A stretch of 64,000 nucleotides of DNA from contig NC_045138.2 in assembly GCF_008831285.2 (NCBI RefSeq), positions 4,836,001 through 4,900,000 of the forward strand, given 5' to 3'. Below, in pieces: positions 9,963 to 22,476 of this stretch (positions within the stretch are counted from its first letter, which is position 1; each line of letters opens with the position of its first letter). Position numbers and translations under genes: made by a program. Under the pieces are notes generated by a model that was not told the origin of the DNA, ran no database searches, and saw only the letters and a program-made list of their open reading frames with translations. The DNA comes from Nymphaea colorata (taxonomy: Eukaryota).

Positions 9963-10647
9963 TAAGCTAGAGGAAGCTGGTATATGTGTTTTTATGCCCA
10001 TTTAAGGTGATTAATAGATTGGTCGATCATTTTAGATCGATACGGGACCGATTTATTATGTTTTATGGAGCTTTAATGAATAATTTAGATAGCATTAAGT
10101 TGATTATGCAGAAATGATTCATGTGATTCGTGTATTTCATTTTAAATGTGTTATTATGACATATTATATTTTTGTATCATGTTTTGTTTAGGATTATGCT
10201 AAGGTTGAATTTTATTGCATGATCATAAAGTTGTACGATAATGCTAATGTAAGGAGCCTATGATTAGTTAAATCATGTTATACTTCACCAAAGTGACTAC
10301 GCATGATTTAAAGGCACATTAGTGTTTCATGTTGTACTTATTTTTTATTTGAAGTAGCATAATTACCCAAAGGTAATGTGTTATGTTCAAGAGAATAAGT
10401 AGAGTAAAATAGGAAAATAGATCCTTACATAGTTCTGTCATTTTACACCCAAAGGTGTTATGTTTAACTATAGTTTGGATTTACATTTCCTAGTTTTACT
10501 AGATAAAGTTAAGACGGAATACATGTGCGTATTAGGTATATTACAAAAGTAGTATCCTAATGACCCCTGGTATTTGTCTTGGAAATGGTAAACATAAAGA
10601 GCCTTTTATTTGGTTTACTGTTCCATATGGTTTGTCTCATATAATGC

Positions 10648-13600
10648 ATGTCAACTTATAGATGTCTTTTGTCGTCTGCAGTGCCTGGATCTATTTATTT
10701 TAATGGCTCAAATTATATCCCTTTACTTGATGATTCGAATTATGCTGAATGGAAAGAAAATGTTGTGTTTACATTGGGGTATATGGATCTGAATATGGCT
10801 TTGAGGCGACCTGAGCCACCACCTCTTACACCAGAAAGTACATATAATGAAATAGTGTATTTTGACAAGTGGGAGCGTTCTAACCGACTAAGCTTGTTGC
10901 TTTTGCAATCACAGGTCGCTAAGAACATACGTGGTGCTATCCCACCTTGTAGATCGGTGAGAGAGTTCTTGGATGCAGTTGAGGCTCAGTTTGTTAGTTC
11001 TCATAAAGCCAGAGCCAGTACCCTAATGTCAAAGTTAATATCTATGAAATATCAAGGAGGAGGTAACCTTCGCCAGCATATGTTAGAGATGAGGAACATT
11101 GTTTCTCAATTGAATGACATGAAGTTGACTATTTCTGAATCATTCTTAGTATTCTTTACTTTGACCTCTTTACCAGCTGAATATACTCCTTTCAAGATCA
11201 GTTACAACACACATAATACTGAATGAACATTCAATGAATTGATGTCCAAGTGTGTTGAAGAGGAGGAAAGAATGAAGGGTGAGAAGTTGCAAAGTGCACA
11301 TATGCTTTCTCACTCTGGGGCTGGTAAAGTTGGCATAAAGAAAAGTTTAATGAAAAGGAGTGCCAAGAAGAAGTCAACAGGACAAACTGCTTCTCAAACT
11401 GTGCAGACTAACTTAGCCCCTATAAAGTGTTTCTTTTGCAAGAAAAAGAGGCATAAGAAGTCAGACTGCATCAAGTATAAGAATTGGTTAGAGAAAAAAG
11501 GTAACATGTCATTTGTTTCACTTGAAAGTAATATGTTACATGTTCCTATTAATAGCTGGTGGATTGACTCTGGTGCTACTGTGCATATTGCCAATAATTT
11601 ACAGGACTTTCTGAGCAAAAGGGAACCAACACCACATGATAGGAGCATTTTCTCAGGAAACAAAATGCGCTCACATGTGAAGGCTGTAGGAGAATGCCAT
11701 ATTAGGCTTGATACTGGCTTTGTTTTGGATCTTCATGATGTTTTCTTTGTTCCATCATATAGTAGAAACTTAATTTCTGTATCAAGACTTGACAAATTTG
11801 ATTTCTGTTTAAAGTTTGAAAACTCAAAGATGTTGATTTATAAAGATCTTGTTGAAATTGGTTCTGCTATTTTGTGTGATGGTTTATACAAGTTGAATGT
11901 GAAGATCCAATCTCCTGAATCGTTGGTTTATAGTCACAGTATAATTGGCAATAAGCGTAGTACCATAAAGGATGATTCATACATGCTATGGCACCGCCGT
12001 TTGGGTCATATCTCTGAAAAGAGAATAAGGAGACTCCTAAATGAAGGGATCTTACGATCTCTTGATTTTACAGATAACGACATATGTGTTGATTGCATAA
12101 AGGCAATGCAAACTAACATATATAAAGAAGGTGCCGAGCGATGTACTGAAAAGTTAGGAATTGTTCACACAGATGTTTGTGGACCTTTCCCTCCTTGTTA
12201 CACAGGCGAAAAGTATTTTGTCACCTTTATAGATGACTATTCTCAGTATTTGTATCTCTACTTAATCTTTGAAAAATCCGATGTGTGTCAAGTTTTCAAA
12301 GACTATAAGAAAGAAGTAGAGAAACAAACCGGTGAGGTTATCAAGATAGTCAGATCAGATAGAGGTGGTGAATATTATGGTAGGTTCACTGAGATGGGAC
12401 AAAGGGAGGGACCATTAGCGCGATTTCTAAAGGAAGAAGGCATTGTGCCTCAATACACTATGCTAGGCAGCACCTACCAAAATGGTGCTGCTGAAAGAAG
12501 AAATCGTACGCTTAAAGAAATGGTTCGAGCTATGTTAAATTACTCTACTCTCCCTCTAACCTTGTGGGGTGACAGAATAGGGTTCCTACTAAGGCTGTTC
12601 CCACAACTCCTTACGAGTTATGGACAGGTAGGAAACCTTCTCTTTCTTATATGCACATATGGGGATGTCATGCTGAAGCTAAATTGTATAACCCCTACAT
12701 AAAAGCGTTTGATCCTAAAACAACCAGTGGTTTCTTTATTGGTTATCCAGAAAGATCGAAAGGCTATAGATTTTATTGTCCATCTAATACACCACATATT
12801 GTGGAAACAGATAAGGCTAAGTTCCTGGAAGATGGATCATTTGGGTTAGATGCATTACAAAACCTCAATTTTGAGGAAATACAGGATACTGAAAGTAGAC
12901 CTGATAAAGAAAATATAAATGTGTATGATTATGTTGTCTCCCAGGATGACATGAATGCAAATCATACAGGTAATGCATCAGATCCAGATGAATTAAGTGT
13001 AGATCATACTGATGAACACGAACAGGATGTGGACATACAAATTGAAAATGATCAATTTCCTGTTCGTAGATCTACAAGGGCCAGGAGATCTGCCATATCA
13101 TCAGACTATGTGGTATACCTACAAGAGCCTAGTGATTTCATAGATGTTGATGATGATCCTTTCACATTCATTGAAGCCGTTGAAAGCAAACAATATAGGC
13201 ACTGGATTAATGCCATGAAAGAAGAGCTTGACTTTATGGCTAAAAACCAGACATGGAGCCTTGTGTCGTTGCCTAAGGGAGTAAAACCCGTAGGGTGTAA
13301 ATGAGTCTATAAGACCAAGAGGGACTCTAAAGGCAACATAGAGAGATACAAGGCAAGATTGGTTGCTAAAAGATTCACACAAATGGAGGGCATTGACTAT
13401 AATGAGACATATTCACCTGTCTCTGCTAAAGAGTCAATGAGGATTGTCCTTGCACTTGTAGCTCATTTTGACTTAGAGCTACATCAGATGGATGTGAAAA
13501 CGGCTTTCTTGAATGGTGATTTGGATGAAGAGGTATATATGGATCAACCTCAAGGGTTTTCTGAGAGTGGTAAAGATAATTTGATTTGCAAGCTTAATAA

Positions 13601-14726
13601 AGCGATTTATGGACTTAAACAGGCCTCACGTCAATGGTACATTAAGTTTTTCGAAGTCATTACGACTTTTGGGTTTACAGAAAACATCATTGATCGATGT
13701 GTGTATCTTAAGGCATGTGGGAGTAAGTTCATAATTTTGACTTTATATGTGGATGACATTTTGCTTGCTTCAAATGATCTTCAATTACTAACAGAAACCA
13801 AACATTTTCTCGCATCTCATTTTGAGATGAAGGACATGGGTGAGGCTTCATTTGTTCTCGGCATTGAGATTCGTCGAGACAGATCTAAATGTGTTTTAAG
13901 TCTCTCCCAATCAGCATATATCAATAAAGTTCTTAAAAGATATGGGATGGAGAATTGTTCTCCTATTTCGACACCCATAGCTAAAGGGGATAAATTGAGC
14001 CTAAATGATTGTCCAAAGGACGAATTTGAAAAGGCACAAATGATCAACATTCCATATGCATCTGCGGTTGGCAGCTTGCAGTATGCGCAGATTTGTACTA
14101 GGCCTGACATTTCCTTTGCTGTTGGCATGCTTGGTAGATTTCAGTCTAATCCAGGCATGGCACATTGGAAGGCCGTAAAAAGAGTCATGCGATACTTGCA
14201 AGGGACAAAAGATTACATGTTGACATATCGCAAGGTGGACCATTTAGAAGTGATTGGCTATTCTGATGCCGATCTTGGAGGATGTACCGATAGTAGAAAG
14301 TCTACTACTGGTTTTGTTTTCCTTCTATCAGGAGGTGCCATCTCATGGGGGAGCAAAAAGCAGACTGTGACTGCTGCTCACACCATGGAAGCAGAATTCA
14401 TTGCATTATATGAGACTACATCACAGGCAATTTGGATAAAGAACTTCATTTCACAGCTCAAGATAGTGGAATCTATTGATAGACCACTTAAGGTTCATTG
14501 TGATAATGAAGCTGCAGTGTCCTTTTCCAACAACAACAAAAGTACTACTTCTTGTAAGCATATGGAACTTAAGTATTTTGTTGTTAAGGAAATGACATAG
14601 AATCAACTAGTGTGTATTCAACACATTGGGACTACAAATATGGTTGCAGATCCTGTTACTAAAGCGCTAGCATCTGGTATGTTCTTTGAACATGTTAAGA
14701 GGATGGGTTTGTATAGTTCAATGTAA
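10648..14726 (+). pseudogene. Copia gag-pol polyprotein, disrupted
   Basis: Gag with zinc knuckle CFFCKKKRHKKSDC; protease WWIDSGAT; integrase LWHRRLGH, HTDVCGP, RSDRGGEY, AERRNRTL; RT QMDVKTAFLNG and LYVDDILL; RNase H GYSDAD and ADPVTK. Premature stops at 11224-11226, 13302-13304 and 14598-14600, plus a frameshifting deletion near 12572. Confidence 0.95.
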
Positions 14727-14916
14727 CCACACTGTTATGCAAACATTTATAAATGTGATCACATACAGTTTGTTGATTCTCATTAAGTTTGTTGTCTATT
14801 TATTTTGTATTCTCATTTGTTTGTTGAGAAGTTTTGTAAGACAACAAGGTGGGACCTTGGAATGGATTTTAAAGCTAATCCATTCATTTTATTTACCCTT
14901 GATATCGACTTGGACT

Positions 14917-14926
14917 AGTGGGAGAT
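14917..14926 (+). promoter_or_regulatory. Polypurine tract
   Basis: AGTGGGAGAT immediately precedes the 3' LTR TG. Confidence 0.85.
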
Positions 14927-15334
14927 TGTTGGGATTTCCCCATCTGGATAGTCCTGCGTCGATACGGGTCCATATCCGTTTCGGACCCTTAAGTATAAAT
15001 ACTTGTGTCTTGTGATGGTGTGAGACACATCAAGTTTTTACCGTTTGGGTAATCGGTCCCCTTAGCCATACGTGAATTGCCTGTCCCCATCACTGGGCTG
15101 CTATGGCTGAGGAGAGAAACCCATTGCCGCCACCGCCGCCGCCGCTACCTCCGCAGGGGAACGACTCTATGGGAACTGTAGCCGTTCTTCCCACAGCCGC
15201 CGACATTCAGTCGGCGGTCGCCTCTATAGGTTCTACTTCCGCCCTAAATGAAACCACATGAATCATGAATGTTTGTTTTCGATTTCTGCATTTTTCGTTT
15301 GTGCGCTATCTAGATTTCTAGCAAAGCTCCAACA
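14927..15334 (+). repeat. 3' LTR (408 bp)
   Basis: Matches the 5' LTR, with about 14 substitutions and a 6-bp gain in the GCC run. Confidence 0.95.
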
Positions 15335-17391
15335 GAACAGTGTTATTGTAAAATACAGTCTTGAATGATTTTTGCACATCAAGTAAGGGATCGACTTTGA
15401 AAGAAACTCAATCTAAAACTATACGACTGACTCAATGCACGCCGTGTTTTCACTATAGCACAATCATGCCAAACAGTGGCCTAGTGCGTTGATAAATTAA
15501 AAGAAAAAAGAGGCTGATCTTAAACCAGTTAGAAGCAACGGCAAAGAACGTACACGACATATTCTGATTTAACAGGACGTAAAGCAGCTCTAGAGTCGGC
15601 GCCCATGCAGTGAGCTAGCAAAGTGGAGAAGTTTTCGTTCACTTTTTAGGGTTTCTTAAACAGTTTTGTTTTTCTAAAGCTAAATTGAGGTGACGACTGT
15701 TGTCAAACTTCAAATCTGAAAGTGTCGGTTATTGGGTTACATGTATGTTCATATGTAGTGGGAATGCAATCCATCTTTATGTTTCTTTCTTTCTCTTTCT
15801 CTTTTTTTCCTTATCTTAAAATTTATGTGGCTCATTGGGGAAATATATATAATCAATGTTGCCATGTACCAGACAAACAAAATTTAAATATTTGCAGTTA
15901 AAGCTACCATAAACTGTGATCACATCATAAACCATTGTAAATGTTAAGTTAATAACTGTTTTTGAAAGAGAAATTTTTAAAATTGAGCCATCCAGCAACA
16001 TCCAATATACAAAAGCATTGAAGTCCTTATATATTTATAGAGGAAGCTACCAAACCCTTATTGTTCAACTTGATCATATGGCCCATTGATTTTAAGAACA
16101 TAGATGATAACAATTAAGTTAAAAAAAAAAAAAAACACAAACCAGTTTGTATTTTCAAGAGACAGGAAAGTCTTTCAAAACAAGGCAAAGGATCTTGATC
16201 AAGAAAACTCATTTGTTTCCTCTTTGAGGGATGTTTGAGTCTTCACAAAATATAGCTTGGTTTCTATTTTTTTCAATTTAATCTCTACAATCTGTTTCTT
16301 TTTTTTTTAAATTGATGACTCAGATAATTCCCAGTTAGTTTAGTATATAAGGACTTGGTAGCTACCTTTTTTTTTCCCTCTTACTTGCTCTGTATATATA
16401 ATGGGCTGTTATTAGACTCTCATATACCAAACTTGAAGAGAATCATTTAATTCTCGTTTTAAAGAAGATTAAATGATGGTGATTAGATTGTAGATATAGA
16501 AAAAGAGTTTCATTTAAAGAAATTCATTTGTTTCTCTCTCTTTGAGGGGCATTAAAATGTTAAAAGATTTGCTTGACTTCTATAATGGAGACAATGCGCG
16601 TATAATATTTGCACAACTTAATTTTTATTTAGTTTGAATATATAGGGTATGCTTTATGCTTAGGCACATATATGCGCTGCATAATTATGTTAATTAAGCA
16701 GCCATATCCAGGGCATTCGGCTCATGGTCTTTTTTGAGCTGGCCTTGAAAACTCTGACCCACTAGCGAGGCACATCATTACAACTCTTTTGTGGGGATGA
16801 ACATTTACTCCCTTCATAAACTACAGGATCTGAAACGATCGTTGCCCGTTATCTTCATATTGAATGTGGTGTAACTCGAGGAATCCGCCTGATCTGCAAA
16901 CTGTTCTGCTGCCTCGCCTTCAGCTGACAATGGCCGGCCGCAATATATATTTTGGCAGACCTGTTCAGGAGGGTGAAATCCTGCAGATCAAATCCTGCCC
17001 ATGAACGATCGGTAACTCCAGTTTTACCTTGCAGTAATAAGGGGTGAGTCACTCTCGTTTCTCCTCGTGAAAGGAAGAAGATCACAAGCATTTAATTCAT
17101 AACGACGTGATATATAATGGAATATATTTTCTTGGTTAACCTCTACTCAGAGTGCCTCTCCAAGTTGCCGGATTCTTTCATTGGCAGCCATCGGAGATAG
17201 GGAAGCCTACGAGGGTGCCCACTAGATTTCATGAAACTTTAAAACTTATGAGTTCATATTTGAAAAATGTTTAATTTGGCTCTCGTAAAAAGTTGAAAAA
17301 TTATTATATTTACTCAGATTTAAGAAAAAAATTTAGAAATTTCTTTCGAAAACTTTCAGCCCAAACAAAGAAGACTCCTGGCTCTGCTGCT

Positions 17392-17429
<38 letters not shown>

Positions 17430-17607
17430 CATGAACTGCCAAAAGATTGCTCAACTTAAGTTTTCACCGATTTTGCAAAGATAGTGTGGAAGAAAACAAA
17501 TGGAAGCAGAAAACAAAGAAACAAAGGGGGAGAGATCAGATAGAGTGGTGGGTAAAAATGGGCTACACCCACTTACCATTAGCCCTAACTTGTATATTAT
17601 GCTACGT

Positions 17608-17655
<48 letters not shown>

Positions 17656-17656
17656 G

Positions 17657-17706
<50 letters not shown>
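17608..17706. repeat. Palindromic compound microsatellite (CT)n-(AT)n-(AG)n
   Basis: Directly visible. Confidence 0.95.
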
Positions 17707-20700
17707 CCTAGCATAACAAGTGAACCGTAAAAATGAGGCGCACCAAATTGCAACTGGCGCTAATATGTACATTTGATGCTAGGTCTACTCTTTCTATTAA
17801 CGTATCTACTCAGAGATAAGTGTGACCCAAAGAAGGGATAGAGGAAAGCATGATCCATAGAAGGGGAACGGAACCAACCAAAAAGAAGTAGGTAGTACTA
17901 AACATCTAGGGCCTGAAATTAGAGGGTAGTACAATTAGGTTCGTACTACAAGAGCCTACCATGCTGCCGGTGGACCTTGGGGCAGCAGGGGCCTTGCCCC
18001 ACTCAATTTTTTTCAAATTTATAATGTAAAGTTTTAAAAATATCATTTATAGAACTACCATTCTACCCTATAAAAATTTCTTGGCACAATGTATGCTTTG
18101 ATTATTGTGCCGATAATCATGAACAATAGTTCTACAGAAATTTTTCGAGCTCATCCTCATTTGGATGTAGTCAATTAATCACAAGCAACCTACTCATGCC
18201 TTTTTGCTAAGAAAAGTTAGGTGTACCAACACCTAAAACTTGAATCCGAGCCTAACGCACATTAAATTTAAAAAATATATATTTTAATATAAAATATAAT
18301 TAATTATAATAAAATATTATAATTATATATAAAAGTCAATAAAATATATTATTAAAAAATCTTATCAAATCAAACTAGGCTTAGTTCATCATAGCCAAGT
18401 CTGCCTTTTAACTTATTAGGTCGATCCAATGTCTTTTTTTGGTACCCGACCCAACGCCCAACTTACTTTCATCCATTCCTCCGTCCTACTACCCTGCCAT
18501 TAAGGCACTGCTGGCAAAGCGGTCCTGCCAACATCGAAAAGTGGCGGAAGGAGGGAGGGCCACCTAGGCCATGGCCCCACCCTAACCAATTGAAAAAAAA
18601 AATATATAGAAAAATTTTTTTTTTAGTTGCGTAATGTAATGTTTGAATTCGAATTCAGTTTGGCCCTACTCGGATCCAGAGGTTGGACTGTTTAGCCCAT
18701 TCCTATAAAAAATCCTAGCTCCACCCCTAAGAATAAGAGAAATGAGGTCGCCTTGCTGGTGGACCCATTAACAAAGCAATGGATGCCGACACTGGTGATG
18801 AGTGAAGAATCCACCCACATCTCTCTCACGGTGCCGCTCTCTGCTGCTCTCATGGGCAAAGCGAGAAATTTTTTATGAGAGAAGTTAAAGTTTCTAAATT
18901 TTAACGACGACCGAAATCTCATTTTTTTAAAAACTTTTATATAAGACAAACTGAAAATTTCTAAAATTTAGATGTACATTTATTTATTTATTTTTTTTTA
19001 GGGTGAGGGGAAGCCTACCTGCGGCCCCCCTTTGCTTCGCCCATGACTGCTCGCACTTCCCACTGCCAGCTGCTTTGCCCGGCACCTGCTCGTGGGACAA
19101 CGCATGAAGAGTTAGAAGCAATTAATGAATGACAATTTTATTGTACGTACCAAGCTGGAGCATTGGTCTTTCCGGCATTTTTGTTCTTTGTCGGTTAATC
19201 GATTGTCATGACACTGAGCGACTGACTATCAATCACGAAGGCCATACAGTGAGAACAAGAAAGCAAAAGGAACCAGTTGCAGAGTCTCTGAAAATTCACG
19301 AGGGAAAGGAGGAATATCAAGAACAGCAATGATTGAATATATAGGAGGCCCATGCAGGAACCCTAGAAATACGTACCAGCCTCTCCTCCCTCCTCGCTAA
19401 TCAATCGATTGGATATAATGGGAAGGAGTGCTGGTGAACCAACTGATAGAAATAATTGAAACCAAAAAAGCCATGGACCCGGGCACCGTGTGGGCAATTG
19501 CTTACACAGATCCATAAAAAGTGTTGATTTTCATATTAATATTTCATGATAGTTTTTTTAATTTACATATTATTGTTCTTTAAACATTTAAAATTATATA
19601 ACTAGCGCCCTCTAGCCAGAATTTTCTGACTCCGCCCCTCTCGAAAGCTACAAAATATGGCTTAACAAGATACACCAACTTTCTCTCAAGTAGATCTTTT
19701 TTGTAGTTTGACAAAATTTCTGAACCTTTTTTGTTTTCTCAAATTTCATGTGACATTTTATGAAGCTATATACGTAAATCTATGAATGGTTGTGTCCTGT
19801 TCAATGTATGATCGATGGATTAGTTGCCAATTTATTTCTACTAAATTTCACGATTTGTTAAATTGGTTATCTCATATATATAAGCTTCATGACAATTTTA
19901 GCTATTAATTCCGCAATCCAGGATGAAGTGGAAGTGCCAATATCAAAGTTTCCTCCATGAAAAGGAGCAGTGAAGGAAGAGTCTTGTTACTTGGACTCTG
20001 GCTTCAAGTGGTTATGATTTCAAATTGGTTGTACTAGAGAGCTGCATGTCAGTTCAATCCCTCTATGATCAATAATTGCAGAATTCCAGGACGCGTCTCT
20101 TATCCCTTTACTGTTTGCCTTTTACAGGCTGTTCCACTACACTGTGGGTGCAACATGTTTGCAAGAGAGATTTTATTCTAATTAAGGAGATTTGTGCGTA
20201 ATAGTTCACAATTCATTAGCTATATTTTGTATTCATCCTTTCTCAAGTTTTCTAAATCCAATCCTGATAATCTTTTTCTAATTAACTTTACTTCTTAAGG
20301 TAAAGGGTCATTAAGTTGAATAACTAATAGCCATAAACTGAAAGAGCTATACCCTTTGATTTGATCACAACTTTAGGTACAAACACAAATATACAGATGA
20401 TTTTGAAAAGTGAATGTAAAAAATATCTGTTTTTAGTTTTCACAAGAATAGATAGATAAATGGGTCAGTGACACCTGTATATGTTGAACTTAATAGTCAA
20501 AAGTCATTCAAACAATATATTTTACTACCAAATGAACAGGATTGATTTATAAGGATCCATAAATCATTGGACTACCACTTTCAACGTAAGTTATAAAATC
20601 ATATTTATGCTTTCAAAAATATACTTCTTATATCATATTTTTAAATGTTTTTTGGACTTGAAGATTGTATTCGTATTGTTAATGTTCTAGAGAAATTCTC

Positions 20701-21547
20701 AGTGATAAAAAAAACTAATTATAATCTTGTGTATTAAAGTAAGATTAAATTCATAATTGCCTTTTTGCTTTATGAACAACATATCAAACCTTTTGTTTTC
20801 AGGCTGCTTGATTGCAGTTGCACAGAAAGAGAAGATGTCAAATTTCGAAAACTAGCGAAAATGGCTGATATTAATCTTGGAAAATGTGGATAAGATCAGA
20901 ATTATTGCGGAGAAAATTTCTACATTAGAGGCTGATTTTCCCTTCTAATTGATTACAAAGACTTTAAGCAATTATCACCTGGAATCATTTTACCAGCATT
21001 TTAGAAATGCATTTAGTTGAGTCAAAAAATTTAAACTGGGGTTGAGAACAAGTAAACAAACAAGTTGAACAGAAAGTTGGCAGGGTACCAACTAGTTGGG
21101 CACATTAATGGGTCCAGGGTGGCCACTGACCAGCACCCAGAACCAAGACCTTAATTCTATTCTCAAATTTTCTTGACACAGGGTTGCCATGTGCCCACTG
21201 AGCACATCTGTCTTGTTCTTCTACAACTATTGAAAGAAGATGAGCCTTAAGAATTTTTTGCCCAACACTAAAAATAATGAACTCTCTTTTTTTGAATTTT
21301 TAACTGTCTCCAATGGTGAAACTTCTCCAACTTATTATTATTCTTGTCTTATTATTATTGTTGTTGTTGTTGTTGTTGTCGTTGTTAGCAATAATAACTA
21401 AAATTACAGGACCTTAGATAGATTAGATGACTTTAAAGAAGCTAGCGCTCTTTACTTTGAATATTTGATCACCAAATACAGTCAGTGGTTTGAAGAAATT
21501 ACACTTTAGGATAACCGAGCTCGAAAACTAAAAGGCAAATACATAGC

Positions 21548-21770
21548 TAGGATGTTCATGAGTGAGTTCAAGCCGAGTTGAGCAAGCTCGAACTCAGTTC
21601 TAGTGTTTTGAAAGAAACTCCAACTTGGCTCGAGCTCAAGTCAAGTTCGATTTCAGTTGCTCGAGCTCAATTCGGCTCGAGTTCTTAAAACTCGAACTCG
21701 GCTTGATTAAGCTCAAGCCGAAGATTGGCTTGATCCAAGCCAAACATTTCATTACAAAATTATTTTTTTA
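21548..21770. mobile_element. Partial copy of the CTCGAG-rich hAT MITE
   Basis: Starts TAGGATGTTCATGAG and aligns with the left arm of 1282-1688; right TIR not found. Confidence 0.7.
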
Positions 21771-22050
21771 AAGATTAGTGACAAAATTTAGCTCCTAACT
21801 CTTTGAAGGTTAAATGATCTGTATATGTATCTATCAATTTACATGTAAGGGCCACTCTTTTCTTTTCTAAAGGATCCTGAAAATAAATTTCAATATTTCT
21901 GAAATTTTTAGATACTGCCATGAGTTCCATGGCATTGATTGTCAAGGACGGACCTAATTAAATTGAAAGGCATTCATCTCAGAGACCAGATTTCTTGAAA
22001 TTCTTCCAGAACTGCATTCTTACCACAATGGTAGGAAAACAGGTTTATGA

Positions 22051-22476
22051 TAAGGATGTCTAACCAGATCGGATATATTCTAAATCATAGCTGTTTCTTT
22101 TCGAATTTTTATACATATGAATTAAAATACAACGAATGAAGAAAGGTCATATCTAAATTTGAATCCAAAATCTGATACCATATTCCGAGTCTTTTCTGCA
22201 TCTTATTGTTACATTAACATCTGAATCCAAATTTGAAATTTGAGCCAAATCCGGCTTATTTCGAAATGTAAAAGCATTGGACGTAGGATATTTGTTTAAA
22301 CTAAATCTAATTCAAATTTGATCAGATATTTATGTATTGGAATCCCATCGTATGCCATTTTTTAAAATTGAACCGGATCCCATTTCTTAATTAGATATAA
22401 CTTTTTTCTCATTGCTGATTTTTTGTGATTGGTTTGGTATGAAATGCCATCAAAATCAGATATATTGACATTCATA
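22051..22476. mobile_element. hAT-type MITE, ATCCGA/ATCTGA-rich family
   Basis: Ends TAAGGATGTC / GACATTCATA; 8-bp flanks GTTTATGA / GTTTTTGA. Related copies at about 34110-34380 (inverted), 49808-50319 and 54779-55238. Confidence 0.75.

Larger units (their letters stand above)
8425..15334 (+). mobile_element. Full-length Ty1/copia LTR retrotransposon, probably Bianca lineage, inactivated
   Basis: TG...CA LTRs at both ends, 5-bp TSD GAACA (8420-8424 and 15335-15339), PBS, PPT, and gag-PR-IN-RT-RH order. The lineage call rests on the gag motif WERSNRLSL and the half-tRNA PBS (inference). Confidence 0.96.

Noticed and set aside
22051..22476. MITE that seemed orthologous to those at 49808 and 54779
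   Set aside because: Its TSD differs (GTTTATGA versus CATATACA), so it is an independent insertion and not evidence for the duplication boundary.
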